A stretch of DNA of 37,908 nucleotides. It comes from Gemmatimonadales bacterium. GTDB taxonomy: Bacteria; Gemmatimonadota; Gemmatimonadetes; Gemmatimonadales; GWC2-71-9. Below the pieces are notes generated by a model. It ran no database searches. It was not told the DNA's origin and worked only from the letters and a program-made list of their open reading frames with translations. Position numbers and translations under genes: made by a program. The stretch spans positions 1 through 37,908 of the forward strand of contig DATHRW010000270.1 of NCBI GenBank assembly GCA_035464955.1, given 5' to 3'. Within the stretch, counting starts at the first letter, position 1; every line of letters starts with the position of its first letter. This document shows, piece by piece, positions 1 to 9,349 of this stretch.

Positions 1-1533
1 GTGAACACGGTGCTGGATGGTTATCTCAACTACGTGGTGCCGCGGAGCGTCGGACCTGGCACGCTGGGTCTCACGGCCGGCTACTCCTATTCCGAGTCCA
101 ATGCGGACTATCCGTGGTTCCAGGCCGAGGGGTTGGCGACCGATCTGCTGGGTCCCAATGGCATTCCGTCGGCCCAGACGTTCCAGAACTTCCTGGACGT
201 GCAGGACAGCAAGCTCATCTCCTTCTTCGGGCGGCTCAACTACAACATCAACGACCGCTACCTCCTGGCGGCGAGCATTCGTCGCGACGGATCGTCGCGC
301 TTCGGGCCCGGCAACGAGTGGGGCACGTTCCCCTCGGTCGCGCTGGCGTGGCGGCTTTCCGAGGAGCCGTTCATGCAGGGCCTGACGGGGCTGTCAGATC
401 TCAAGCTCCGTGGCTCGTGGGCTCGAACCGGCAACCAGGCGTTCGCCAACTATCAGCAGTACACTGCCTATCTCGTTGGCGATGCCCAGTCGCAGTACTA
501 TTTCGATGGCGAGTTCATCAGCACGATCCGGCCGGGCGCGGTCGATCCCAACATCAGGTGGGAAGAGACCCGTTCCGTCAACCTCGGCCTCGATTTCGGG
601 TTTTCGAACCAGCGCTTCAGCGGCGCCATCGACTGGTATGATAAGAAGACCTCCGACCTCATCTTTACCGTGCCCGTGGCGGCCGGCACCAACCTGTCGA
701 ACTTCGTCACGACCAACATCGGCAGCATGCGGAACCGAGGCATCGAGTTCAGCCTCGGCGCCCGGCTCCTCGAGGGCGGGTCGGACGGCCTGAGCTGGAA
801 TGCCAATTTCACCGCCGCCCATAACAGCAACGAACTGCTTACGATCAACCCGGTCGTAGGGGAAGCGGCACAAATCCTGGTCGGTGGCATCGCCGGCGGC
901 GTGGGCACGACCATTCAGGTCCTCACGCCCGGCGCCCCGATCAACTCCTTCTTCCTATACGAGCACAAGCTCGACGCCAGTGGCAAGCCGATCTATTCGG
1001 ACGAGAACAATGACGGCTCGATCAACGAGCAGGACCTCTACGTCGATCGGAACAACGATGGCGTGATCAATGTCGACGACCGCCGGCCGTTCAATGACCC
1101 GGCGCCGAAGTGGAACATCGGGCACTCGTCCTACCTTGCCTATCGCAACTTCGACTTCGGCTTCACCCTCCGGGCCTACTTTGGGAACTACGTGTACAAC
1201 AACGTGGCGTCCAACCTGGGCACGTACTCGGAGGTCACCCGCGGTTCACCCTACAACCTCCACTCCTCGGTGCTCGAGACCGGTTTCGAGACACCCCAGT
1301 ACCTGTCGGACTATTACGTGGAGGATGGCAAGTTCCTGCGGATGGACAACGTGACGGTCGGCTACTCGTTCAACCTGCGCGGCCAGTCGGCCCGCGCGTT
1401 TGCGACCGTGCAGAACGCCTTCACCATCACCGGCTACAGCGGTGTGGACCCGACCGCGGGGCTGAATGGCATCGACAACAACATCTATCCTCGCTCGCGC
1501 ACCTTCACCGGCGGCCTGAGCCTCCGATTCTGA
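1..1533 (+). CDS. susC: SusC/RagA-type TonB-dependent outer-membrane receptor, C-terminal ~510 aa (5' end outside the window; the GTG at position 1 is not the true start)
   Basis: Beta-barrel-like sequence ending in the canonical C-terminal aromatic residue (...GGLSLRF). Contains DxNxDGxIxxxD loops typical of SusC-like receptors. A SusD-like gene follows 42 nt downstream. Confidence 0.85.
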   Translation: MNTVLDGYLNYVVPRSVGPGTLGLTAGYSYSESNADYPWFQAEGLATDLLGPNGIPSAQTFQNFLDVQDSKLISFFGRLNYNINDRYLLAASIRRDGSSRFGPGNEWGTFPSVALAWRLSEEPFMQGLTGLSDLKLRGSWARTGNQAFANYQQYTAYLVGDAQSQYYFDGEFISTIRPGAVDPNIRWEETRSVNLGLDFGFSNQRFSGAIDWYDKKTSDLIFTVPVAAGTNLSNFVTTNIGSMRNRGIEFSLGARLLEGGSDGLSWNANFTAAHNSNELLTINPVVGEAAQILVGGIAGGVGTTIQVLTPGAPINSFFLYEHKLDASGKPIYSDENNDGSINEQDLYVDRNNDGVINVDDRRPFNDPAPKWNIGHSSYLAYRNFDFGFTLRAYFGNYVYNNVASNLGTYSEVTRGSPYNLHSSVLETGFETPQYLSDYYVEDGKFLRMDNVTVGYSFNLRGQSARAFATVQNAFTITGYSGVDPTAGLNGIDNNIYPRSRTFTGGLSLRF

Positions 1534-1575
1534 GCGCGTGACCATGGACTCGAGTATTCGAGAAAGGACGAACAC

Positions 1576-3150
1576 ATGAACCGCAGCACGCGCAAAGTGC
1601 TCACCCTCGCCGGGGCCGTCCTGGCCCTGAGCGTGGCTGGCTGCACGGACACGGTTGTGGAGCCGACGAGCACGATCACCGATGCGAACATCTTCAGCGA
1701 TCCGGCCTCGTATAAGGCCTTCCTCGCGAAGATCTACGCGGGGCTCGCCGTGAGCGGGCAACAAGGCCCGGCCGGACAGCCCGATATCTCAGGCATCGAC
1801 GAGGGCTTCTCGCAGTACCTGCGCCTCTACTGGGAGGCGCAGACCTTGCCGACCGACGAGGCAGTGATCGGCTGGGGCGACGTGGGCCTGCCCGAGATGA
1901 ACACGCAGCTGTGGGCCTCGTCGAACTCCTTCGTCGTGGCGATGTATTACCGGCTTTTCTTCCAAGTCGGGATGGCGAACGAGTTCCTGCGTCAGACGAC
2001 CGACGCCAAGCTGTCGGAGCGGGGCGTGTCGAGCTCACTCCGGGCCGAGATCGAGACCTATCGCGCCGAGGCCCGATTCCTCCGGGCGCTCAGTTACTGG
2101 CACGGCATCGATCTGTTCGGGAACATCCCGCTCGTGACCGAGGCCGACCCGCTCGGTGCAACACCGCCGGCGCAAGCCACGCGGACCGAGATCTACGACT
2201 TCATCGTGAGCGAGTTGACCTCCGTCCAGAGTCAGCTCCCCGCGCCGGGTGGGAACAGTTACGGCCGGGCGACGACCAGTGCCGCGTCCATGCTGTTGGC
2301 GCACCTCTACCTGAACTCGGAGGTCTACACGGGCACGCCGCGGTACGCCGAGGCCCTGGCCGCGGCGCAGGCCGCCATCGCGGGGCCCTTCAGCCTGGAT
2401 CCCAATTATCAGGACATGTTCCTGGCCGACAACCACACGTCGCCTGAGATCATCTTCCCTGTCATCCAGGACGGCGTGCACACCAAGACGTGGGGTGGCG
2501 TGACGTTCCTGGTCCACGCCGCGTGCGGCGGGAGCATGCAGAACGCCGACTACGGGATCGACGGCTGCTGGTGGGGACTGCGCCTCAAGCCTGAGGCCTA
2601 CAACAACTATGCCGCCGGAGACGGGCGGGCCTCGTACTTCTACACGACGGGCCAGGCGGTCTCGATCGGCAGCATCAGCAACTTCAATGATGGCATCGCC
2701 GCGCCCAAGTATCAGAACGTGACCTCGGGCGGGGCGGCCGGATCGCATTCGACCCACGTGGACACGGACTTCCCGATGTTCCGCCTGGCCGATGCGTACT
2801 TGATCTACGCCGAGGCCGTGTTGCGAGGCGGTGGTGGGACCCGGGGGCAGGCGCTGACCTATGTGAACGCGCTCCGGCAACGTGCCTACGGCGACAACAG
2901 CGGCGATATCACCGACGCCGAGCTCACGCTGGACTTCATCCTGGCGGAGCGGGGCCGCGAACTGTTGTGGGAGGCCCACCGGCGGGTCGACCTCATCCGC
3001 TACGGTCTCTTCACCGGCGCCGGCTACATCTGGGAGTGGAAGGGAGGAGTGCAAGCCGGTACGTCTACCGATGCGTTCCGGGATCTCTATCCGCTTCCGG
3101 TGTCGGAGATCGTGGCCAACCCGAACCTGATCCAGAATCCGGGCTACTGA
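1576..3150 (+). CDS. susD: SusD/RagB-family nutrient-binding outer-membrane lipoprotein
   Basis: Lipoprotein signal MNRSTRKVLTLAGAVLALSVAGC. SusD-type motifs are present: RALSYWHGIDLFGNIPLV, FRLADAYLIYAEAV, ILAERGRELLWEAHRRVDLIRYG. AAAGGA Shine-Dalgarno about 8 nt upstream. Position right after a SusC-like gene. Confidence 0.85.
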   Translation: MNRSTRKVLTLAGAVLALSVAGCTDTVVEPTSTITDANIFSDPASYKAFLAKIYAGLAVSGQQGPAGQPDISGIDEGFSQYLRLYWEAQTLPTDEAVIGWGDVGLPEMNTQLWASSNSFVVAMYYRLFFQVGMANEFLRQTTDAKLSERGVSSSLRAEIETYRAEARFLRALSYWHGIDLFGNIPLVTEADPLGATPPAQATRTEIYDFIVSELTSVQSQLPAPGGNSYGRATTSAASMLLAHLYLNSEVYTGTPRYAEALAAAQAAIAGPFSLDPNYQDMFLADNHTSPEIIFPVIQDGVHTKTWGGVTFLVHAACGGSMQNADYGIDGCWWGLRLKPEAYNNYAAGDGRASYFYTTGQAVSIGSISNFNDGIAAPKYQNVTSGGAAGSHSTHVDTDFPMFRLADAYLIYAEAVLRGGGGTRGQALTYVNALRQRAYGDNSGDITDAELTLDFILAERGRELLWEAHRRVDLIRYGLFTGAGYIWEWKGGVQAGTSTDAFRDLYPLPVSEIVANPNLIQNPGY

Positions 3151-3170
3151 GCTCGGGGTCAGTCACTTGA

Positions 3171-3216
3171 ACGAGTCCGCAGCTCCGCCGTGTTCCGCGG
3201 CGGAGCTGCGGCTCGT
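3171..3216 (+). terminator. GC-rich stem-loop between susD-like gene and first amylase (possible terminator/attenuator or mRNA-stabilising hairpin)
   Basis: Perfect 14-bp stem ccgcagctccgccg (3177-3190) / cggcggagctgcgg (3198-3211) with a 7-nt loop. The stem is extended by acgag/ctcgt with one bulged base. Only a short T-run (TT) follows. Confidence 0.4.
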
Positions 3217-3239
3217 TTAGAGGCTACCGGTTCCGTTCC

Positions 3240-4823
3240 ATGGCTCTTCTCCGCCGCCTCGCTGCGGCCGGATTCCTCGCAGTGGCCGCACTGGGGTGTA
3301 GCGATTCGCTCTCGACTCCCCCAGACTCCGGCCCGCCGCCGGCTGGCCGGCCGGTGTTGGCTCCCACGTATCGCCCCACCGGCCGCGCCGCAGCCGGCGA
3401 CGTGGCGGTGCACCTCTTCGAGTGGCGCTGGGCTGATATCGCCGCCGAATGTGAAACGGTACTCGGCCCGGCCGGCGTTACGGCGGTGCAGGTTTCGCCG
3501 CCGCAGGAGCACAGCATCGTCCCGGGCTACGACTGGAGCGAGCGCTACCAGCCGGTAAGCTACAGCATCGCGCGGAGCCGCTCCGGCACCGGGGTCGAGT
3601 TTGCCGATATGGTCAATCGCTGCCGGGCGGCGGGCGTTGGCATCATCGTCGACGCGGTGATCAACCACATGACCAACTTTCCGAGTCCGGGTGTCGGGAG
3701 TAACGGCACGGCCTACACCAAGTACAACTACCCCGGCCTCTACACGCCTTCCGACTTCCACCCAGCCTGCACGGTGTCGAATTACCAGAGCGCGGCCAAC
3801 GTGCAGGACTGCGAACTACTGTCGCTCCCCGATCTCGACACGGGGCTCGCGTCGGTACGGCAAAAGATCGCCGATTACTTGCTCATGCACGTTCGGCTGG
3901 GCGTCGCGGGCTTCCGCATTGACGCGGCCAAGCACATCCAGCAGGTGGAGCTGGACGACATCCTCGCCCTCGTCAACTCGACCCTTGCCAGCGAAGGGCG
4001 CCCACTGCCGTACGTCTTCCTCGAGGTCATCGGGGGAGCGGGTGAAGCGCTATCTCCGCGCGACTACTTCGGTGCCGGATATCGTTCCGGCGGTGCCGCG
4101 GATATCACCGAGTTCACCTTCGTCGGTGTGGGTAACAAGTTCCGCGGCGTAAGCGGCGAATACATCGCCCAGCTCAACCCGAACGGCACCTCCGGGAACC
4201 GGTTTTCCGAGGCCGCCTGGGGACTGATGCCGGCCGACAAGGCCGTGGTATTCCTGCAGAATCACGACACGCAGCACCAGTGCGGTATCGGCTATCGCGA
4301 TGGCGATGCCTTCCGACTCGCCAACGTGTGGATGCTGGCACAGCCCTACGGGTACCCGTCCATCCTGTCGAGTTACGCCTTCGATTGTCCGCTCGGGAAC
4401 AGCATGGGCCCGCCGTCCGACGCCAACGGCAACACCAACCCGGTGGCCTGCGCGGCGAGCCTGGAGACGGCAACGGTAGGCCAGTGGGTCTGCGAGCACC
4501 GCGACCCCTACATTCGGAACATGGTGGAGTTTCGGCGAGTCGTCGCGGGCACCGATATCAACCACTGGTGGGACAACGGCGCCAACGCCATCGCCTTCTC
4601 GCGCGGCGACCGGGGCTTTGTGGCGATCAACCTCGAAGGCGCGACCATGACCGCGGCGATCGCCACGGGCTTGGCACCCGGCACCTACTGCGACCGGCTG
4701 ACCGGAGGCGTGGCAGGCACCTCCTGCGCGGGCACGTCCATCGTGGTGGACGCAACCGGCACGGTGCAGCTCAGCCTGGCGCCGGGTACGGCCATCGCCA
4801 TCGACACGACGACGCGGATCTAG
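3240..4823 (+). CDS. GH13 alpha-amylase, lipoprotein (animal/actinomycete-like amylase type)
   Basis: Lipobox in MALLRRLAAAGFLAVAALGC. N-terminus VHLFEWRWADIAAECETVLGPAGVTAVQVSPPQEH matches the animal/Streptomyces-type amylase signature. GH13 regions I-IV are present: DAVINHM, GFRIDAAKH, FLEVI, FLQNHD. Confidence 0.9.
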   Translation: MALLRRLAAAGFLAVAALGCSDSLSTPPDSGPPPAGRPVLAPTYRPTGRAAAGDVAVHLFEWRWADIAAECETVLGPAGVTAVQVSPPQEHSIVPGYDWSERYQPVSYSIARSRSGTGVEFADMVNRCRAAGVGIIVDAVINHMTNFPSPGVGSNGTAYTKYNYPGLYTPSDFHPACTVSNYQSAANVQDCELLSLPDLDTGLASVRQKIADYLLMHVRLGVAGFRIDAAKHIQQVELDDILALVNSTLASEGRPLPYVFLEVIGGAGEALSPRDYFGAGYRSGGAADITEFTFVGVGNKFRGVSGEYIAQLNPNGTSGNRFSEAAWGLMPADKAVVFLQNHDTQHQCGIGYRDGDAFRLANVWMLAQPYGYPSILSSYAFDCPLGNSMGPPSDANGNTNPVACAASLETATVGQWVCEHRDPYIRNMVEFRRVVAGTDINHWWDNGANAIAFSRGDRGFVAINLEGATMTAAIATGLAPGTYCDRLTGGVAGTSCAGTSIVVDATGTVQLSLAPGTAIAIDTTTRI

Positions 4824-4842
4824 CCACGGAGGAATTCCATAG

Positions 4843-6243
4843 ATGCGGAATCGTCTCTTCATAGCTGCGGCCTTCCTCTCGGTGGCGTGCTACTCCACCA
4901 CGGCACGGCCCGCGGCGGACCAGGTCCCGGCGCGCGTCCTGGCACCGGACACGTCGTGGATCGCCCTGGCACCGGATACCTCCTGGGTTGCCCGCAGCAC
5001 CATCTATGAACTGTTCGTCCGAGATTTCTCCCCCACCGGCGATCTTCGGGGCGTGATCGACGGGCTCGACCGGATTCAGGCAGTCGGAGCCAACGTCGTC
5101 TGGCTCATGCCGATCTACCCGATTGGGGTGGTAGGCCGGAAGGGAACTCTTGGATCGCCCTATTCGGTGCGGGACTACTACGCGATCGATTCCGCGCTGG
5201 GCACCGTGGCCGACTTCCGGGAGTTGGTGAGTGCCGTGCATGCGCGTGGGATGAAGCTCATTCTCGACTGGGTGCCGAACCATACTGCCCTCGATGCCGT
5301 CTGGGTTCTGGAGCACCCGGACTTCTATGTCCGGGACGACGAGGGTAAGCCAATCGTCCCGCACGACCTCGAAGGCAATCCCACCGACTGGACCGATGTG
5401 GTGCAGCTCGACTATCGCAATCCCGCGTTGCGCCGTGCGATGATCGCCGCCATGCGCCACTGGCTGGTTGACCTCGGTATCGACGGCTTTCGCGTGGACG
5501 TGGCCGGCTTCATTCCCGACGTCTTTTACCGCGAGGCCATTCCGCAGTTGCGGTCCTCCGTCCTACGGCCAATCCTCCTGCTCGCGGAGTGGGGCGACCT
5601 CAAGATGCACCGGCTCGGCTTCGACCTCACCTACGCGTGGGATTCGTACAGCCGGCTCAAGGAGGTCTGGCGTGGTGCGTCGGCTTCCATCTTCGTCCCG
5701 GCCGAGGTGGCCGACAAACACGCGATACGACCAGGGGGGATGCGGCTCCGCTTCACCACCAACCACGACGAGACCGGCTGGGACGATCCGCCGCTCGAGA
5801 TCTTCGGCAGAGTCGCAGGCGCGCGGGCGGCCTTCGTCGCGATGGCACTCTTACCCGGCCGGCCGCTGATCTACAACGGACAGGGCGTCGAGAGCCCTCA
5901 GAAGCTCCGCCTGTTCGAGCGGGACCCCATCGCATGGGACCAACCTCGAGCGGCCGAAGCCCGCGCCCTTTACCGGCGGGTGCTGGAGTTGTCGCGCACA
6001 CACTCGGCCTTTCGTGCCGGGGACCTCCGCGTGGTCGAGACCAGCGCCCCCGACGATGTGATCGCCTACCGCCGGGGCAACACTGCCGTGCTGGTGAACG
6101 CCCGGCCGCGGGAGGTACGCATCATAGTCCCCGGCTTCGACGTGGCGCGCTCGCTCGATCTGCTGTCGGGCCGCACCCAGCAGGGCGACACCGTCATGCT
6201 GCCGGCCTACGGTGCGATGGTGCTCGAGCGGCGGGGGCGCTGA
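4843..6243 (+). CDS. GH13-family alpha-glucan hydrolase, lipoprotein
   Basis: Lipobox in MRNRLFIAAAFLSVAC. GH13 regions are present: LDWVPNHTA, GFRVDVAGF, LLAEWG, FTTNHDE. GGAGGAA Shine-Dalgarno about 9 nt upstream of the ATG. Confidence 0.8.
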   Translation: MRNRLFIAAAFLSVACYSTTARPAADQVPARVLAPDTSWIALAPDTSWVARSTIYELFVRDFSPTGDLRGVIDGLDRIQAVGANVVWLMPIYPIGVVGRKGTLGSPYSVRDYYAIDSALGTVADFRELVSAVHARGMKLILDWVPNHTALDAVWVLEHPDFYVRDDEGKPIVPHDLEGNPTDWTDVVQLDYRNPALRRAMIAAMRHWLVDLGIDGFRVDVAGFIPDVFYREAIPQLRSSVLRPILLLAEWGDLKMHRLGFDLTYAWDSYSRLKEVWRGASASIFVPAEVADKHAIRPGGMRLRFTTNHDETGWDDPPLEIFGRVAGARAAFVAMALLPGRPLIYNGQGVESPQKLRLFERDPIAWDQPRAAEARALYRRVLELSRTHSAFRAGDLRVVETSAPDDVIAYRRGNTAVLVNARPREVRIIVPGFDVARSLDLLSGRTQQGDTVMLPAYGAMVLERRGR

Positions 6244-6248
6244 CATCC

Positions 6249-8861
6249 GTGAAACGGAGAAGCTTCGTCGAAGGAGTGACGGCGGCGGGCTTTGCCGCAG
6301 CGCTCGGCTTGCCGCGCTGGCTCCGGGGCCGCGCCGCGGCACCGGCCCGCCGCGTGTCCCGACTCGACACCGGCTGGAAGTTTCTGCGCGACGACCCGGC
6401 CGGTGCGGCGAGCCCGCGGCTGGACGACGCGGCCTGGCAGCCGGCCACCCTGCCGCACACTGCCCGCATCGAGGCGCTGGTCACCGGATCCGTGGGCTCG
6501 CCGGAGGCTCAGTGGCAGGGCGTCTGCTGGTACCGCCGCACCCTGCGCTTGGAGCCGGACACCACCGGCCGGCAGGTCCTGCTCCGGTTCGATGGCGCCA
6601 TGAACGTGGCCGACGTCTGGCTCGACGGCGAGCGCGTGGGCGGCCACCAAGGCGGGTATCTCCCGTTCACGATCGATCTGAGCGAGCGGGTGCGGCCCGG
6701 TGTAGGCCACGTGCTGGCGGTGCGGCTCGACAATCGCGACGATCCAGTCACCGGCCCCAAGCCGATGGCCCAGCTCGATTTCAACATGTACCACGGGCTG
6801 TATCGGCCCGTCTACCTGGTTCAACAAGCTCGGCTGCACATTACCGACCCGCTGCTGGCGGATCGTCCGGCGAGCGGCGGCGTGTTCGTCACCTACCCGC
6901 GCGTCTCGCACGAGTCGGCCACGGTGCGGGTGCAAACTCATGTGCGAAACGCGTACCCGATGCCACGCAATTTCCGGGTGCGCGCGACGCTTCGCGCGCC
7001 CAACGGAGCGATCGCCGCCACTGCCACATCCGCCATCGTAACGCTCGCGTCGGACGCCGACACTGACGTGTCGCAGGAACTGGGAGTAACCACGCCGGCG
7101 CTCTGGAGCCCCGCCGCGCCCAGCCTCCATACGCTCAGCTGCGAAGTGGTGACCGACGCCGGCACGGTGGACGCAGAGACAATACGGGTCGGCATCCGGC
7201 GCTTCGCCATCGCACGCGATGGCTTTCACATCAACGGTGAGCGGATGTTCCTGCGCGGCACCAATCGGCACCAGGAGTACCCATACATCGGCTATGCGCT
7301 GTCAGACGCGGCCCAGTACCGCGATGCGCTGAAGATCAAAGAGGCCGGCTTCGACTACGTGCGCCTGTCGCACTACCCCCATTCGCCTGCCTTCATGGAC
7401 GCCTGCGACGAACTCGGCTTGGTGGTCATGAACTGTATCCCCGGGTGGCAGTATTTCAACTCGGATCCCGCGTTCGTCGAGTTACAATATCGCAATTGCC
7501 GCGACTTGATCCGGCGGGACCGCAATCACCCGTGTGTCATTCTGTGGGAGGTGTCGCTCAACGAGTCGGCCATGCCGCCGGAGTTCGTGGCCCGAACCCA
7601 CGCCATCGCGCACGAGGAATACCCGGGCGATCAGTGCGTCACGGCAGGATGGATGCGGGGCTACGACGTCCACATCGACGCGCGCCAGCACGGCGGGTGC
7701 CGCAACGCGCAGGACGGCCTTTGCCTGGTGAGCGAATACGGCGACTGGGAATACTACGCCATGAACGCCGGCCTGGGCCAAGGCACCTGGCAGGACCTGA
7801 CGCCGGCGGAGAGCAATAGCCGGCAGCTGCGCTGGCAAGGGGAACGGGCTCAGCTGCAGCAAGCGGCAAACTTCCAAGAGGCGCACAACGACAACCTGGC
7901 CACCGTCGCGTTCGCCGACGGGCTCTGGGTGATGTACGACTACAACCGGGGCTACGCGCCGGACATCGAGTCATCCGGTTGCATGGACATCTTCCGGCTG
8001 CCGAAATTTTCACACTACTTCTTCCAGAGCCAACGCTCCGCGAACGAACGGCTGCCGGCCGCCACCTCCGGTCCCATGGTGTTCATCGCAAGCTACTGGA
8101 CCCCGTCCTCCGATCCTCGGGTCCGCGTCTTCAGCAACTGTGACGAGGTCGCCCTTCACCTCAACGGCCGGCTGCTGAAACGAAAGGGCCCCGACCAGGA
8201 CCGCATGAGCATCCGGCTCGCCCATCCGCCGTTCACCTTTCACACGGGTGGCTTCCGGCCCGGAACCCTGGAAGCCGTGGGGTACATCGCAGGGCGCCTG
8301 GCAGCGCGACATGTAGTGCGCACGCCGGGGACCATCGACCGCCTGACCCTGGATTTTGACTTGTCGGGGCGCCCGCGTGACCCTGAGCGCACGGATACCA
8401 TCTTCTGCTACGCGTCGCTGGTAGATGCCGCCGGCACGGTCGTGCCCGACGCGTGGGAGAACGTGGCCTTCGGCGTGACGGGCGACGCGACGCTGGCCGG
8501 CGCCACCGCGTGCTCGACCGACGCCGGCATCGCCAGCATTCTCGTCGAGCCCGCCCCGGGCGCCTCCCGCGTGGCGGTATGCGCGCTGGCGATCGTCCCG
8601 CTCGGCGGCTCGGTGCGGATCCTGAGCGCAGGGCAATCGTTTGAGGGCCGAGCACCGCCGTACGAAATCCGCTACACCACCGATGGCTCGGAGCCCGGGC
8701 CGGCCTCTGCGCGCTACCGCCCTACTGCGCGAATCGGGACGCAGGTGCGCGCCGCATTGTTGGTGGAGGGAAGGGTGGTGGCGTCGCTCGCCGCGGATCG
8801 GCCGAAGTACCGGATTCCGCCCAGCGCGCCGCCAGACCGGCGGGAGCCGTTCCATCGATAG
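6249..8861 (+). CDS. GH2-family glycoside hydrolase with twin-arginine signal and C-terminal chitobiase/hexosaminidase-C-like tail
   Basis: The GTG at 6249 is in frame with the 5589 ORF and lies 5 nt after the stop of the preceding GH13. TAT-like leader VKRRSFVEGVTAAGFAAALG. GH2 motifs are present: LLRFDGAMNVADVWLDGERVGGHQGGYLPFTIDLS, TNRHQEYPYIGYA, NHPCVILWEVSLNES. Tail YEIRYTTDGSEPGPASARY. Confidence 0.8.
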   Translation: MKRRSFVEGVTAAGFAAALGLPRWLRGRAAAPARRVSRLDTGWKFLRDDPAGAASPRLDDAAWQPATLPHTARIEALVTGSVGSPEAQWQGVCWYRRTLRLEPDTTGRQVLLRFDGAMNVADVWLDGERVGGHQGGYLPFTIDLSERVRPGVGHVLAVRLDNRDDPVTGPKPMAQLDFNMYHGLYRPVYLVQQARLHITDPLLADRPASGGVFVTYPRVSHESATVRVQTHVRNAYPMPRNFRVRATLRAPNGAIAATATSAIVTLASDADTDVSQELGVTTPALWSPAAPSLHTLSCEVVTDAGTVDAETIRVGIRRFAIARDGFHINGERMFLRGTNRHQEYPYIGYALSDAAQYRDALKIKEAGFDYVRLSHYPHSPAFMDACDELGLVVMNCIPGWQYFNSDPAFVELQYRNCRDLIRRDRNHPCVILWEVSLNESAMPPEFVARTHAIAHEEYPGDQCVTAGWMRGYDVHIDARQHGGCRNAQDGLCLVSEYGDWEYYAMNAGLGQGTWQDLTPAESNSRQLRWQGERAQLQQAANFQEAHNDNLATVAFADGLWVMYDYNRGYAPDIESSGCMDIFRLPKFSHYFFQSQRSANERLPAATSGPMVFIASYWTPSSDPRVRVFSNCDEVALHLNGRLLKRKGPDQDRMSIRLAHPPFTFHTGGFRPGTLEAVGYIAGRLAARHVVRTPGTIDRLTLDFDLSGRPRDPERTDTIFCYASLVDAAGTVVPDAWENVAFGVTGDATLAGATACSTDAGIASILVEPAPGASRVAVCALAIVPLGGSVRILSAGQSFEGRAPPYEIRYTTDGSEPGPASARYRPTARIGTQVRAALLVEGRVVASLAADRPKYRIPPSAPPDRREPFHR

Positions 8862-8959
8862 GACGGCTTCGACCCGCCACGTTGACGATGGGGAGGGATC
8901 GATCGTGCAGTTCTGCCACGGGTGCGCTGAACCGGTTGTCCGTCGTGCGCGTCAGGCGG

Positions 8960-9349
8960 TTATGGTCTGACCGTGGCCGTACTGTTGAACAACCGGGGGG
9001 TGATCACGAAATCAACGATCGTGCCGGGCGCGACCAGCATGGGACCCGACCGGGCTTGCTCGCGCGCGGGCGAGCGCGGGGGAGGCTTCGCCTGAAACTC
9101 GAGCTGACCGCTGCCGATGATTGTTTGAGGAATCTCGAATTGGCCCACCATTCCCGGATCCACCGACCCCAGCCGGTGGGTGGTTCCGGCGCCGATCACG
9201 AAGATCTCCAAGGCGAGCGCATAGTTGTTGGTCACCTCGACGCGGACCGGGCTACCGGACGGCTCGGGTGCTTCGCCGCCGCCGCCGCGCGCGCAGGCCG
9301 AGCCGACGAGCAGCAGCAACACCGTGAGAACCCACGATCCGTGACGCAC
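8960..9349 (-). CDS. Small hypothetical lipoprotein (129 aa), opposite strand to the surrounding locus
   Basis: GTG start with AAGGAAGG Shine-Dalgarno about 6 nt upstream. Signal/lipobox in MRHGSWVLTVLLLLVGSAC followed by a Gly-rich linker. No recognisable family. Confidence 0.55.
   Translation of the reverse strand: MRHGSWVLTVLLLLVGSACARGGGGEAPEPSGSPVRVEVTNNYALALEIFVIGAGTTHRLGSVDPGMVGQFEIPQTIIGSGQLEFQAKPPPRSPAREQARSGPMLVAPGTIVDFVITPRLFNSTATVRP

Noticed and set aside
4939-4992. Direct repeats considered as a possible mini CRISPR or satellite
   Set aside because: There are only two adjacent in-frame copies inside a coding region, with no spacers. It is a simple coding tandem duplication.
5589-6248. 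N-terminal 220 codons of the 1090-aa ORF (5589-8861), which would make a giant GH2 fusion
   Set aside because: This stretch lies entirely inside the well-supported GH13 gene (4843-6243) in another frame. It is Arg/Pro/Gly-rich low-complexity sequence typical of GC-rich shadow frames. A GTG at 6249 gives a proper TAT leader right after the GH13 stop.
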